A stretch of DNA of 64,000 bases, from positions 19,574-83,573 of the forward strand of contig JANXXE010000218.1 in NCBI GenBank assembly GCA_025350815.1, written 5' to 3'. Under the pieces are notes generated by a model. It saw only the letters and a program-made list of their open reading frames with translations, made no database searches and was not told where the DNA came from. This document shows, piece by piece, positions 27,793 to 37,341 of the stretch (its first letter is position 1; every line of letters starts with the position of its first letter). The position numbers and the translations under genes are program-made. Source of the stretch: Myxococcales bacterium (GTDB lineage Bacteria; Myxococcota_A; Polyangia; Fen-1088).

Positions 27793-28389
27793 CTAGATAT
27801 GGGGACTGGCCTGCTGCGGCCTATCAAGGGGCTGGTGATCGAACTTGGGGGTCGTCGTGTCGGTCGGCGTGATGTTGGGATCAATTGTCACCTCCACCTT
27901 CGTCGCGCCAACAAAGCTCAAATCTTCGCCGACGCACGCCTCGGCCTCGGCACCCAGGACCTGGGCCTTCTGGTGGACGATGGTGATGCGTGTGAATTCA
28001 TGGACACTGCCGGGCTCATCCTTGCGGCCAATGGCTTCCTGAACACTGCCCATAGCCTGATCGGCAATATTGAGATTCACTTTAGCTTGCACGAGCTTAT
28101 CTGCGAGACAGTTGAGCCGAATAATGTCTTTCTGCTTACGTGCCTGTTCCTGCAAAGACTGAATGCGGAGCAAAATCTCCTGTACGCGGGCGCGATAGTC
28201 GCGGCTCTGCGTCATCATGTCTTCCGCATTGAGTTTTGACTTCCGCGGCACCGAGATATCCACGTCAGTTGGCCCAGCTGTGGGGCCCCCAGCTGCGGGC
28301 GCACGTTGCGCTCCGGGCGGGGGCGTCTGGGCAAAGGCCTGATGTCCGACTAGGACGACTCCAACCAACAATTTGAATGCCCTCGACAT
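27793..28389 (-). CDS. secreted hypothetical protein
   Basis: Start taken at the internal Met 28389 (MSRAFKLLVGVVLVGHQAFAQ signal). Coding-like codon usage. No recognisable domain. Confidence 0.45.
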   Translation of the reverse strand: MSRAFKLLVGVVLVGHQAFAQTPPPGAQRAPAAGGPTAGPTDVDISVPRKSKLNAEDMMTQSRDYRARVQEILLRIQSLQEQARKQKDIIRLNCLADKLVQAKVNLNIADQAMGSVQEAIGRKDEPGSVHEFTRITIVHQKAQVLGAEAEACVGEDLSFVGATKVEVTIDPNITPTDTTTPKFDHQPLDRPQQASPHI

Positions 28390-28565
28390 GCGCAACCTCA
28401 GCTGGAAATTGGTCGTTCCATGATATCTGACTGCGCGCACTATAGGGTGGCAGAAGCGGGAGTGTCAACATCCTGTGCTGCTGAAACGTCCGCCGAAAGA
28501 CTGATGTTCCGCGAACCTAGCCCTGCGCTGGGGTGGCAGGTCACCAGTTTTCTTTCGGCCGGTCC

Positions 28566-29984
28566 TTACTGCGAAGACTGGAAGACGAAGGGATACGAGA
28601 CCTCGACCGCCCCACCGGACGGTGCCGGGAAGCGCCAGCGAGCCACGAGACCCTTGATGCAGCTCGCTACCTCGGAGTCGCCGATGCTGTCCTGCTCGAT
28701 GTCGACGCCCGAAACGGTGCCGGCGGCCGTAATCGTCCAGTGGACGACGATCTTTCCGCTGAGTGCCGGGTTGCGCTTCAGGGCGCGCTCGTAACAGGCC
28801 TTGATGGCGCCGATGCGCGCTTTCACTTCCTTTGCCACGAGGCTGGGATCCAGAGACCCATCGACGGCGGGGGCCTCGCTCTTCACGCTGCCGGTAACTT
28901 TCTTCTCGGCCGCCGCGCCGCCCGTGTCTGCGCCCGCAATGCCGCCGCCGCCGCGCAAGCCGCCAACGCTGGCGACCTTGCCACTGCCGCCGGTGCCGCT
29001 CTTTACACCGCGAAGGGCGCCTTGATCTGTGGCGACGGCCAAGCCGCCGACGCCCTGGAAGGCCTTTTCCTGATCGCGATCGACGTCGCCCTTGCCGAGG
29101 ACGTCGGCAATCGAGCCCTCGCCGTCAGACTTGGCGCCCAGCAACTTCAGAATGCCGGTGTTCTTGACCTGCTCGGCAAGACGGGCGCGGCGTTCCGCAT
29201 CCAGACGGGCCTTTTCCTCGGCCGCCTTGGCACGTTCCTCGTCCGTCAGTTCCTTCTTGGGCGCTTCGACCTTCTTCTCGGCGACCTTTTCCTTCTTCTC
29301 GGCCTTCTTCTCTTCTTTCTTCTCTTCGACCTTCTTCTCTTCCTTCTTCTTCTCTTCCTGCTTCTTGACGACCATCTTCACGAAGCGATCCGGGATCTCA
29401 TCGACGGCGGGTTTGCGCGGCCAGTCGACGCTGCGCAGATAGAGAATGAGCCCGAGGTGGGCCGCAAACGAGATCACGCTGATGGTGGTGAAAAACCAGT
29501 CGAGGTCGGAGGTTAGTGATCCACGCACCGACGCCGGAAGCTGCGGCCGCGGCTGCGGCGGCGGCGGCGTCACGAACTGGAAGAGGACGGTCATGTCGCC
29601 GACGCTGATCTTGCCGCGCGACCGTTCGTCGAGTGGCATGTTCCAGCTTTGGCCCTGCTTCTTGATCTTGCCGGTCTGCTTTAGCTGGGACAGCGAGATG
29701 ATTTCGTTGCCGATGGCGATCCGGGCATCCATCGCGTCAGCGAAGTGTGCGACGTAGCCCTTCGAGGTCTCTTCGAACAGCAGCCACTCGCGCGGCAGCG
29801 AATCCGAAGGGACGACGAATAGGTTCTTGGCTGACTGGCCAATCGTGATGTTGTCGCGCTTTCTGACCAGACGTTCATCGACGATGCGTCCGCCCTGGAT
29901 GATGCCAATGCGCAGCACCTTGGGCTTGGCGGTTGCGCTGGAAGCGGTCTGAGCTGGTTTGGGCGCTGCGGCCTGCGTCGTCAT
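28566..29984 (-). CDS. inner-membrane protein with K/E-rich periplasmic linker and TonB-C-like C-terminal domain (GltG/NfsG-like)
   Basis: A soluble N-terminal domain is followed by one TM (FFTTISVISFAAHLGLILYL). A (K/E)n low-complexity region comes next. The C-terminus ...GKIVVHWTITAAGTVSGVDIEQDS...WRFPAP...SYPFVF matches the TonB_C pattern. Confidence 0.6.
   Translation of the reverse strand: MTTQAAAPKPAQTASSATAKPKVLRIGIIQGGRIVDERLVRKRDNITIGQSAKNLFVVPSDSLPREWLLFEETSKGYVAHFADAMDARIAIGNEIISLSQLKQTGKIKKQGQSWNMPLDERSRGKISVGDMTVLFQFVTPPPPQPRPQLPASVRGSLTSDLDWFFTTISVISFAAHLGLILYLRSVDWPRKPAVDEIPDRFVKMVVKKQEEKKKEEKKVEEKKEEKKAEKKEKVAEKKVEAPKKELTDEERAKAAEEKARLDAERRARLAEQVKNTGILKLLGAKSDGEGSIADVLGKGDVDRDQEKAFQGVGGLAVATDQGALRGVKSGTGGSGKVASVGGLRGGGGIAGADTGGAAAEKKVTGSVKSEAPAVDGSLDPSLVAKEVKARIGAIKACYERALKRNPALSGKIVVHWTITAAGTVSGVDIEQDSIGDSEVASCIKGLVARWRFPAPSGGAVEVSYPFVFQSSQ
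29170..29390 (-). repeat. low-complexity cttcttctc (Lys/Glu codon) repeat region inside the GltG-like gene
   Basis: Encodes KKQEEKKKEEKKVEEKKEEKKAEKKEKVAEKK... The nucleotide repeats are visible at 29260..29390. Confidence 0.6.
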
Positions 29985-30005
29985 AAGGTGAATTCCCCTG
30001 GTGGT

Positions 30006-30344
30006 TTAAAAAGGCGCCTTCGAAACGCTGTCGATGATCTTGGGCAGGAAGTCCTGCTTCAATTCCTGCCAGTCGTAGTTGATGCTGGACTTCTGAAGGA
30101 CGTAGAAAGCCTCGGGCTTTTGGATTTTACCCTCGATTTTGATCTCTTCGGTAATTCGATAGACTTTTTTTCCGGTCGAGCCGCGCTCGATCTTCACGCC
30201 GGACCCTTGGGGCTTGCCGTCTGGACCGACTGGGGGCGCAGCCTTCGCGGCGCCTTTTTGGGCGAACGCGGCCCCTTGGGGGGCCAGAACCGAGATGAAA
30301 AGAAGGGCGCGCACGAATCGAGACATATTTTTCGACAGAGCCAT
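30006..30344 (-). CDS. small secreted/periplasmic protein (GltF/NfsF-like position)
   Basis: 112 aa with a signal peptide (ALLFISVLAPQGAAFA). Tightly packed between its neighbours. Confidence 0.5.
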   Translation of the reverse strand: MALSKNMSRFVRALLFISVLAPQGAAFAQKGAAKAAPPVGPDGKPQGSGVKIERGSTGKKVYRITEEIKIEGKIQKPEAFYVLQKSSINYDWQELKQDFLPKIIDSVSKAPF

Positions 30345-30352
30345 GGGAACCT

Positions 30353-31468
30353 TTACTTGGAACCCGCCGGGGCGGGGGTGGGCGGGACCGGCGCAGGGAG
30401 CGCCGGAGGGGCGGGCGCGGCGGGATCAGCGGGTTTTGGGGTATCCGCAGCCGGGGCGGCGGGGGCATCGCCGCCTGCGGGGGCCGCTTTGGCGGTTTCG
30501 GCGGCCTTGGCGGCTTTCGCAGCATCTTGGACAGCCTTCTGCGCCGCCCGCTGCTTATCCCGCTCCTCGGCCTTCTTGATGCGCTCGATGCGCTTTTCTT
30601 CCTTCTTGATGCCTTCCTGGGCTTCCAGAATGTAGGTGTCGGCGGGATCTTTCGGTGGAACACCGCCAGCCTGCTGCAGCATCTGCTTGTACTTCTGCAA
30701 GTGGCCAATCGCCGTGTTCATCTTGGCCGTGATGTCCATGTTTGGGATCTTGTCGGCGTCGAGGTACAGGATGCCCAAGTTGAAGACGGCGTCGGCGTAG
30801 TTCGGGAAAAGCTGGAGGGCTTTTTCGTAGGATGTCTTCGCCTTGTCGAAGTCCTTGAGGCCCCGGTAGGCGCTACCCAGATTCAGGTGCGCTCGCGAGT
30901 AAGCGGGTTGGAGCGCGACGGACTTTTCGAGGACAGGAACCGCCTCGCGGTAGTTCTTGACGGTGAGGTACTGCGCGCCGAGGTTGTTCCAGAAAATGGC
31001 GTTTTCAGGCCCCGCTTCCGTGGCCTTCTTGAGCTGCTCGATGGCACCGGGAATGTTCTTCCGCTCAAGCTCCATGAAGGCGAGGATCTGGTACATCTCG
31101 GCCTGGTCAGCGGCCGGGGCGTTATTCGCCTGCATCATCTTCCACAAGGTGCGCGTCCACTCGTACTTCTTCAGCTTGTAGTAGGCCTTGGCCATGATGA
31201 ACATGGCGGGGGTGTGGCGCTCGTTCTTGTTCAGGGCCGCCTTCGCCGCGGCTACCGCACCCCCAAAATTGCCGGCCTCGTATTGCTTCTTGGCGGCCTC
31301 GGTCTCCTCAGTCGGAATGGGTAGGGGCGGGGGTTCGCGCTTCTTCTTTCCGCCAGCCGCTGGCGCCGCTTCGACGGCCGGGGCCGGGGTCTGCGCGTAG
31401 GACGACGACGACCCGACGACGGAAAGCTGCCAACCCAGCGACAAGGCGACAAATCGCGTGATCTTCAT
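30353..31468 (-). CDS. TPR-repeat protein with signal peptide and Pro/Ala-rich C-terminus (GltE/NfsE-like)
   Basis: Start at Met 31468 (MKITRFVALSLGWQL...) forms an ATGA overlap with the upstream stop. Several TPR units (AKAYYKLKKYEW..., ...LGSAYRGLKDFDKAKTSYEKALQLFPNYADA...). C-terminal PAPA-rich tail. Confidence 0.6.
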   Translation of the reverse strand: MKITRFVALSLGWQLSVVGSSSSYAQTPAPAVEAAPAAGGKKKREPPPLPIPTEETEAAKKQYEAGNFGGAVAAAKAALNKNERHTPAMFIMAKAYYKLKKYEWTRTLWKMMQANNAPAADQAEMYQILAFMELERKNIPGAIEQLKKATEAGPENAIFWNNLGAQYLTVKNYREAVPVLEKSVALQPAYSRAHLNLGSAYRGLKDFDKAKTSYEKALQLFPNYADAVFNLGILYLDADKIPNMDITAKMNTAIGHLQKYKQMLQQAGGVPPKDPADTYILEAQEGIKKEEKRIERIKKAEERDKQRAAQKAVQDAAKAAKAAETAKAAPAGGDAPAAPAADTPKPADPAAPAPPALPAPVPPTPAPAGSK

Positions 31469-34400
31469 GGGGCCTCGATGGCGACTTTCTCGTCCTTGAT
31501 GAACGGGAACTCGTCGGGCAGGTACTTCGACAGCTTTTCGCGCGCTGACTTGACGTATTCGTTGGTCACACCCAGCTTCGACGCCATCTCCAGGGTGTCT
31601 CGCCACATCTTCTTGGCCTCGTCTTCGATGGGGGTCACGAACTGGAAGATTGCGTCCTTGTATTGGCCTTCGACAACGCCGCAGTCGTCCGGATTCGCCT
31701 TGCAGGCCATCTTGGCCAGCTTCTTGAGATCGTCGGGAGGATTGTCGGCCGCCTTGATGAGCTTCTGAGAGAACTCGTAGAAGATGTCGCCGCTGCGCAG
31801 GTACGAAGCGAGCGACCAGGTGGCGTACTTGTACTCGAAGATTTTCTGGTATTCCTCGCGCAGGGCCTTGGCCGAGGCAACGAAGTCGTCGAAGGTTTTC
31901 TTGATCTGCTCCGGCTTACCCTTGAATTCGAGCTTGCGGACCTGGAATGCCTTGAACTTCTCGTCAAGAAGCAGGTAGTCGGCTTTGGCGGCGGCGCCCG
32001 CGGCTTCGGAGGCAGCGGGCAGCTTGCGGCTGATGAATTCATCGCGCACGCGCTTGTAGGCGGCGAAGGTGGCCTTCTGGTCTTTACCCTGCTCGGCGAT
32101 GGTCGCCAGCTTCAGCAGCGAATTCACGACCGTCGGGCCGGCCGGCTGCTGCGAGCTATAGCGTTTGATCAGGTCGTTCAGGCACTTTCTGAGCTTGTCG
32201 GTGTCCTTCAGCTTCTCGTAGGCGGAACAAGAGGCTGCGAAGGCCTCGGATGAATCGAGGGGCTTATCGGCGACGGCATCGGCGTAGCGCTTATAGAAGT
32301 CGGCGGCCCGCGCGTATTGCTGGTCGTTATCGAGCAAGATGGCCGCCTGGGCCAGTGCCTCCTTGCGGTGCTCGTATTCGGCGAACTTGGGATCGGTGGC
32401 GACCTTCACGAAGCCCGTGACGGCCTGTTCGAACTCGAAGAAGCGGAAGTGGTTACGGGCCGCGTTCCAGATAGCGTCCTTGACCAGCACGCTCTCGGGG
32501 TATTCGCGCGCCAGGCGCTCGTAGCATTTCGTCGCCTCGCCGTACTGGAAGAGCTTCTCGTAGATGACGCAGACGTTGTTGAGGTTACCCGGGGCGTCCT
32601 GATCCTTCGGGTTCGCGTTGATCATGTCGAGCAGGTCGAGCGCCAGACTGATGTCGATGTCCGTCGAGACCTTGCTCGGCCCCGCTGCGACGGGCTTGCC
32701 ATCGGGGGTCGTGCCGGGGGTCGTGGCGGTCCCGGTTACGATTGCGATGCCGCCGTTGCCTTCCTTACACTGCGTGATCTGTTTGTTGGTGCCCTTCTCC
32801 TCGTTCTCCATCGCCAGCGTCAAGCGCTTGGAGATGATGGCCGACTTGACGGAGGTCCGAATGCCGTTGAAGCGGGCGGTGTATTCGGCCGCCTCCTTCG
32901 ACGGTGACTTGCCACAGACAGATCCACCGAACTGATCAGCGACCAGCAGAAGTTTACCAAGCGCGCAATCTTTTTGCTCTTCGTCCTCGATCAGATAGTC
33001 GATGAAATAGGTTTCCAGGATGGCGGAGTAGGCCTTGAGGCCCGTCTCGGGGGCGGAGGTGCAAGAGAAGTCCGCCACCTCCTGCAGGCGCGTGCGAGCC
33101 ACAGGCCAGTTCCGGTAACGCAACATGAGGACGGCGGCGGCATATCGAAGACCGGGCACGCGGGGATTGTTGGGCAAGGTCTTGACGAACCAGTCGAGGG
33201 AGACAAGGTACTTCTGATAAACGTCCGGCATCTCCAGCGGTGTGACGGGAGGCTTGGTGTTTTTCTGGTCGGGAATCGGGGGGTCTTCCAGCTTCTTTTC
33301 GTCCTTGAGCTTGGCAATCATGCCCTCGTAGGACTTCATGATCTGGACGGCCGCTTCTTCCTGGTACTTGTTGTCCAGGCTTGAATCGCGCACGGCGGTG
33401 TAGGCGACAATGGCCTCGGGCAGGCGATCCGCGTAGTACAGCGTGTCGGCGTAGGACTCGCTGAACTCGTAGGTGCTTTTCGAATTCGGGTAGACGGTCA
33501 GGTAGTTCTTGTAAAGTTCGGCGGCGTCGCCGTACAACTTCTGGCATTCCTGAAGCTTCTTCAGGTCGGACGGGCTCTCCCGCCACTTGTCCTTGCAGGC
33601 CTGGGCGATGATGTGAACGTTCTGGGCAGCAGCCTGCAACGCCTGCTCGGCAAGCTCAATGCCCAGCGCCAAGGCGTCGGGGTCGGCGCGGTTGGCCTTG
33701 TACCATTCGCTGCCTTTTTGATACGTGCGGCCGAGAATCTCGCGCTCTTTCGAGGCGGCCGCCATGTTGCGGTCTTTTTCGTAGGCCTTGACGATCTTGT
33801 CCTGCACCTGCGGCGCTTCGGCGGTCGTTGGCCACTTCTGCAGCACGGACCGGTAAACGGCGATGGCCTCGGGATACTTCGTCGAATCGAAGTAGATGTC
33901 GCCGAGTCGCTGGAAGACTTCCTTGACATGCGGCTCGCTCTCGCGACCCTTGTAGAAGGTCTGCGCCCGCTGCAAGCCGGTCTCGGGGTCAGGATTGGTG
34001 TCGCCATCCCAGTCGGGTTCAGAAAAGCTGACGCCGAGGTACTGAACAGCCTCGGGCCGAAGGTCGGAGCCGAATTTCTCACCGCTGGCCTTCTTGCCGT
34101 CGGCGAACTTCACGAGGTTGTCGAATTCCCGGATGGCCTCGGGAAACCGGTTGTCGCGGTAATACGACCACGCCAGCTTGTAAAGTGCCTTGTCGTAGTA
34201 GGAGGAATCCTTGATGGCGACCACGCGGCTGTAAGCCGAGATGGCGGGCCCCAGTTCGCCCGCGTCGAAGTGGGTCTCACCGACGCGCGTCCAGGCCTCG
34301 GCCAGGAACTTCGAGCCCTTCCGGACCGGAACGCAGTCCTTGTAGACGTCAACCTTCACGCCCGTGCGGGTCGTGGGTGACGGCGGTGGGGGGGGATCGA

Positions 34401-35031
34401 GCGGCTTGTAGCGGTTGGAACAGGTGAGAGCCAACAGCGCCTGGTTCGATTCGGCCTCCTTGCCCATTTCAGCAAGGCAGTAGCCAAGCAGGTAGTAGGC
34501 CGCGTCGAGCAACCGATAGGTGGGGAAGTCGGTAAGAAGACGACGGTAGAGGTCAACCGTGGGACCGTAGTCGGGTTTCGGTGGCTGCCCGTCGGGTGGT
34601 GTCGGGGACTCAAGAGCCTTCTGGAATGCCTCCTGGGCGGTGAGGTACTCGTCAGACGACTTTTCGTAGTAGAGCTCGGCCAGCCGAAACATCGCGTCCG
34701 GTGTCCAGCGCCGATCGTTGGGGTACTTCTTGAGGAAACCCTCGAACATGGCGATCGCGTCGAGGCGTCGCTGGCGTTCCTCCTTTTCGCTTTGGTTGAT
34801 CTCGGCTTCGTACTTGGACTTGATGGTCTTCATCTTGTCCATGTAGACGCGCTTGATCACGCTCGTGGCGGCGCTGCGGTAGCCCTTGACGGCTTCGGCA
34901 TAGCGCTGAACATCCTGGGCCATCTCCTGCAGAAGCTGAGGATTGGTCGGTGGCTCAGGAGCGGCGTGAGCGACGGGGGAAAGCGCGAGCAACGCGACGA
35001 GGCCGAGTGAGGCGCGATGAGGCAACCTCAC
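31465..35031 (-). CDS. giant TPR-repeat protein, 1188 aa, signal peptide (GltD/AgmU/NfsD-like)
   Basis: Signal peptide (LVALLALSPVAHA) followed by more than 20 TPR-like helical pairs along the entire length. Confidence 0.6.
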   Translation of the reverse strand: MRLPHRASLGLVALLALSPVAHAAPEPPTNPQLLQEMAQDVQRYAEAVKGYRSAATSVIKRVYMDKMKTIKSKYEAEINQSEKEERQRRLDAIAMFEGFLKKYPNDRRWTPDAMFRLAELYYEKSSDEYLTAQEAFQKALESPTPPDGQPPKPDYGPTVDLYRRLLTDFPTYRLLDAAYYLLGYCLAEMGKEAESNQALLALTCSNRYKPLDPPPPPSPTTRTGVKVDVYKDCVPVRKGSKFLAEAWTRVGETHFDAGELGPAISAYSRVVAIKDSSYYDKALYKLAWSYYRDNRFPEAIREFDNLVKFADGKKASGEKFGSDLRPEAVQYLGVSFSEPDWDGDTNPDPETGLQRAQTFYKGRESEPHVKEVFQRLGDIYFDSTKYPEAIAVYRSVLQKWPTTAEAPQVQDKIVKAYEKDRNMAAASKEREILGRTYQKGSEWYKANRADPDALALGIELAEQALQAAAQNVHIIAQACKDKWRESPSDLKKLQECQKLYGDAAELYKNYLTVYPNSKSTYEFSESYADTLYYADRLPEAIVAYTAVRDSSLDNKYQEEAAVQIMKSYEGMIAKLKDEKKLEDPPIPDQKNTKPPVTPLEMPDVYQKYLVSLDWFVKTLPNNPRVPGLRYAAAVLMLRYRNWPVARTRLQEVADFSCTSAPETGLKAYSAILETYFIDYLIEDEEQKDCALGKLLLVADQFGGSVCGKSPSKEAAEYTARFNGIRTSVKSAIISKRLTLAMENEEKGTNKQITQCKEGNGGIAIVTGTATTPGTTPDGKPVAAGPSKVSTDIDISLALDLLDMINANPKDQDAPGNLNNVCVIYEKLFQYGEATKCYERLAREYPESVLVKDAIWNAARNHFRFFEFEQAVTGFVKVATDPKFAEYEHRKEALAQAAILLDNDQQYARAADFYKRYADAVADKPLDSSEAFAASCSAYEKLKDTDKLRKCLNDLIKRYSSQQPAGPTVVNSLLKLATIAEQGKDQKATFAAYKRVRDEFISRKLPAASEAAGAAAKADYLLLDEKFKAFQVRKLEFKGKPEQIKKTFDDFVASAKALREEYQKIFEYKYATWSLASYLRSGDIFYEFSQKLIKAADNPPDDLKKLAKMACKANPDDCGVVEGQYKDAIFQFVTPIEDEAKKMWRDTLEMASKLGVTNEYVKSAREKLSKYLPDEFPFIKDEKVAIEAP

Positions 35032-37322
35032 TTGTCCTCCTGAAGCAATGCGTGGAAGTCGTCGTCGATGGCCTTCAGCTCCTGCTTTTGCTGCGTGATG
35101 AGCTGCGTGAGCTTGGAGGTCTTTTGATCCTTGAGACCCCAGGAGACGTCGATAAGACCGACGTCAGACTGCACAACAAGATCGTAGAAGCGGTCGGTCA
35201 CTTTGCCGAGGACTGCCTGCGCGAGGCCACCGCCAAGAGCCTGCGATTCGCCCAGCAGCGATGAGAAGCGACCCGTCGCCGCCTGGATCTGAATCTTCTC
35301 GGCCGCGAGTCGTTCTTTGATCGAACCAAGGCGGCGCTCGGCTGCGGCATCGACGCGACCGTCGAAGTTCTGAAGCTGTGACTGCACAAGTGACGCTCGG
35401 GTGATCACGCCGGCGAGTGCATCGAACTCGCCACGCGCTTCGGGGCTCATCTTGTTGCGGACCTTCTGGTAGATCTCGTATTCGCGACCCATCACGGACG
35501 CCAGTCGTCCGGCCGCGTTGCGCTCTCCATCGGCGGTCACCGAGCCAGCCAGGCGAGTGGCCTCCAGCACCTCCTCGTGGATCCGGTCGTGCGCTCCCCG
35601 CAGAGCTGCGATCGAAGCCCGCAATTCGGCCACCGGACGCTTGAGCTCCTCGGGCCGAATCTTCTGTTCGGTTTTCGAATTGCTGTAGTACTGCTCGACG
35701 GCGATCAGTTCCGCCTCCATGGTCTGGATCGCGACATAAGACTCGGCAAGACGTGTCTGAAATTCCTGAATTTGGTTGCGCGCCACGTCCTCGCGGTTGC
35801 GGCTGTCTCCCTCTGCGGAAGGCAGGGTCTCGATTTGCTGTTCCAGGCGGGCGCGATCAAAACCCATTTCGTCCAGGGCCACGGTTTCGGTGGACGACAG
35901 GTGGGGTGCGGCCAGGCTTCGGGCGCGTTCCAGGAACCTGCGCCTGATGTCCAGGGCCTGGCTCAAAACCTCGTTTGATCGAGATCGCGCGGCTGCCAAA
36001 TCGGGAAAGATCGCGATCTTTCCTTCGCCGTTTACGACCCGCTCCAGCCGACCGATGGTTTGCTCGGTCTCCCGGATGCCGCGTTGAAGTTCGCCCACCT
36101 CACTGGCCAGGTTGACCATGCGGGTTAAATCGGGATCAGCCTTGAGCCATCTGACCGCCACCGGCGGTACGAACAAGGCGATGTCGAATCGTTCGAGACC
36201 CTTGCCGATCAGGGACTCGAAGTAGTGGGGTTCCGACTGTGACCGGGCAAGCGCGGACTTGAGTTGGGTGTGAATGGGCTCGAATTCCTCACGGGCCGAG
36301 CCAAAGATTTCGTTGGCCTGGAAATAGTTGTTGATACGCAGGTTAAGGTTGCCCATCAGGAGCCGCAGTTCCGGGGCTTCGGGACTGTTGGGGCTTTGCA
36401 GGAGCATGAGGTCGAGCGCGCGGTAGGCGGCCTTGTAATCCTTGGCCTTGATGGAGTTCCAGGCCGATTCGTACATCGCGTCAGCGAAGTACTTGGATTG
36501 GCGGCTTATGGCGGAATAGAGGTCCTTGGCCTTGTCGGCTTGGCCGCGTTCGTAAAGGAGGCGGGCGATGGCAAGACGGGCCAGATCCTGAATGTCATTG
36601 TCAGCGTCGCTGCGCGGCTGGACTTTGAGAACGGCGTCGAATCCCGTAGCGGCAGCGGCCAGATTGCCCTTCTTGACCTGGGTCGTGGCGAAGAAGTACA
36701 GCCCCTGCAGGTAATAGGGATTGTCGGTCCCGATGGCGGAAAAAGCCGCCAACGCCTCGTCGGTCCGATCGCGGAAAAAAAGGTACTTGCCCTTGACGTA
36801 CGGAACCGACGGTTCGAGCTGGTTCGACGGAATCTTATCAAGCCGCGCCAAGTATTCCTCGACGTTGTCGTAGTCGCCGGTGCGCAGGGTTAGCTCGACC
36901 AGGCGCTGTAGAGCACTTTGTTCCTTGCGCGAACCGGTGTTCCGCTTGATGGCCTGCTGGAAGTAGGTACGCGCCGAGTTGTAGTCCTTGCTTTGATAGA
37001 GCGACTCACCCAAAAGCACCAACGCGTCATCCGCCGCCCTGGACCCAGGCCATTTCTCCAGCACATCGAGCAGGATGGTCGCGGCGCCCACGTAGTTGCC
37101 CAGGCTGTAGTAGCCTTCAGCCTCGATGACGCGGCGGTCGGGCGCGTTGATGTCCGGCGCCGGCGCGTCCCGTAGCTCAGCCGTGAGCACGCGGACCCGT
37201 TCTTCCAGGTCGATCAGGCTGCGGTTCGCATCATCGATCCTGTCGTCAGCACGACCGCCCCGGACCGGAACGATCAGAAGCGCCAGGACGGCAAGCGCAA
37301 GCTGCCATTTCGTCAGACCCAT
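35028..37322 (-). CDS. TPR-repeat / coiled-coil protein with signal peptide, 764 aa (GltC/NfsC-like)
   Basis: Signal (LALAVLALLIVPVRG), an N-terminal TPR array and a C-terminal long coiled coil. ATGA-coupled to the downstream giant TPR gene. Confidence 0.55.
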   Translation of the reverse strand: MGLTKWQLALAVLALLIVPVRGGRADDRIDDANRSLIDLEERVRVLTAELRDAPAPDINAPDRRVIEAEGYYSLGNYVGAATILLDVLEKWPGSRAADDALVLLGESLYQSKDYNSARTYFQQAIKRNTGSRKEQSALQRLVELTLRTGDYDNVEEYLARLDKIPSNQLEPSVPYVKGKYLFFRDRTDEALAAFSAIGTDNPYYLQGLYFFATTQVKKGNLAAAATGFDAVLKVQPRSDADNDIQDLARLAIARLLYERGQADKAKDLYSAISRQSKYFADAMYESAWNSIKAKDYKAAYRALDLMLLQSPNSPEAPELRLLMGNLNLRINNYFQANEIFGSAREEFEPIHTQLKSALARSQSEPHYFESLIGKGLERFDIALFVPPVAVRWLKADPDLTRMVNLASEVGELQRGIRETEQTIGRLERVVNGEGKIAIFPDLAAARSRSNEVLSQALDIRRRFLERARSLAAPHLSSTETVALDEMGFDRARLEQQIETLPSAEGDSRNREDVARNQIQEFQTRLAESYVAIQTMEAELIAVEQYYSNSKTEQKIRPEELKRPVAELRASIAALRGAHDRIHEEVLEATRLAGSVTADGERNAAGRLASVMGREYEIYQKVRNKMSPEARGEFDALAGVITRASLVQSQLQNFDGRVDAAAERRLGSIKERLAAEKIQIQAATGRFSSLLGESQALGGGLAQAVLGKVTDRFYDLVVQSDVGLIDVSWGLKDQKTSKLTQLITQQKQELKAIDDDFHALLQEDK

Positions 37323-37341
37323 GCCACGGCCCCAGGCTTTG

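Noticed and set aside
29170-29390. Short direct nucleotide repeats (cttcttctc) considered as CRISPR or VNTR
   Set aside because: They lie inside an intact ORF and encode a Lys/Glu linker. There are no spacers or regular repeat-spacer periodicity.
28533-29516. 327-aa plus-strand ORF opposite the GltG-like gene
   Set aside because: It is the mirror of the K/E repeat region (poly-Leu/Phe translation). An antisense artefact.
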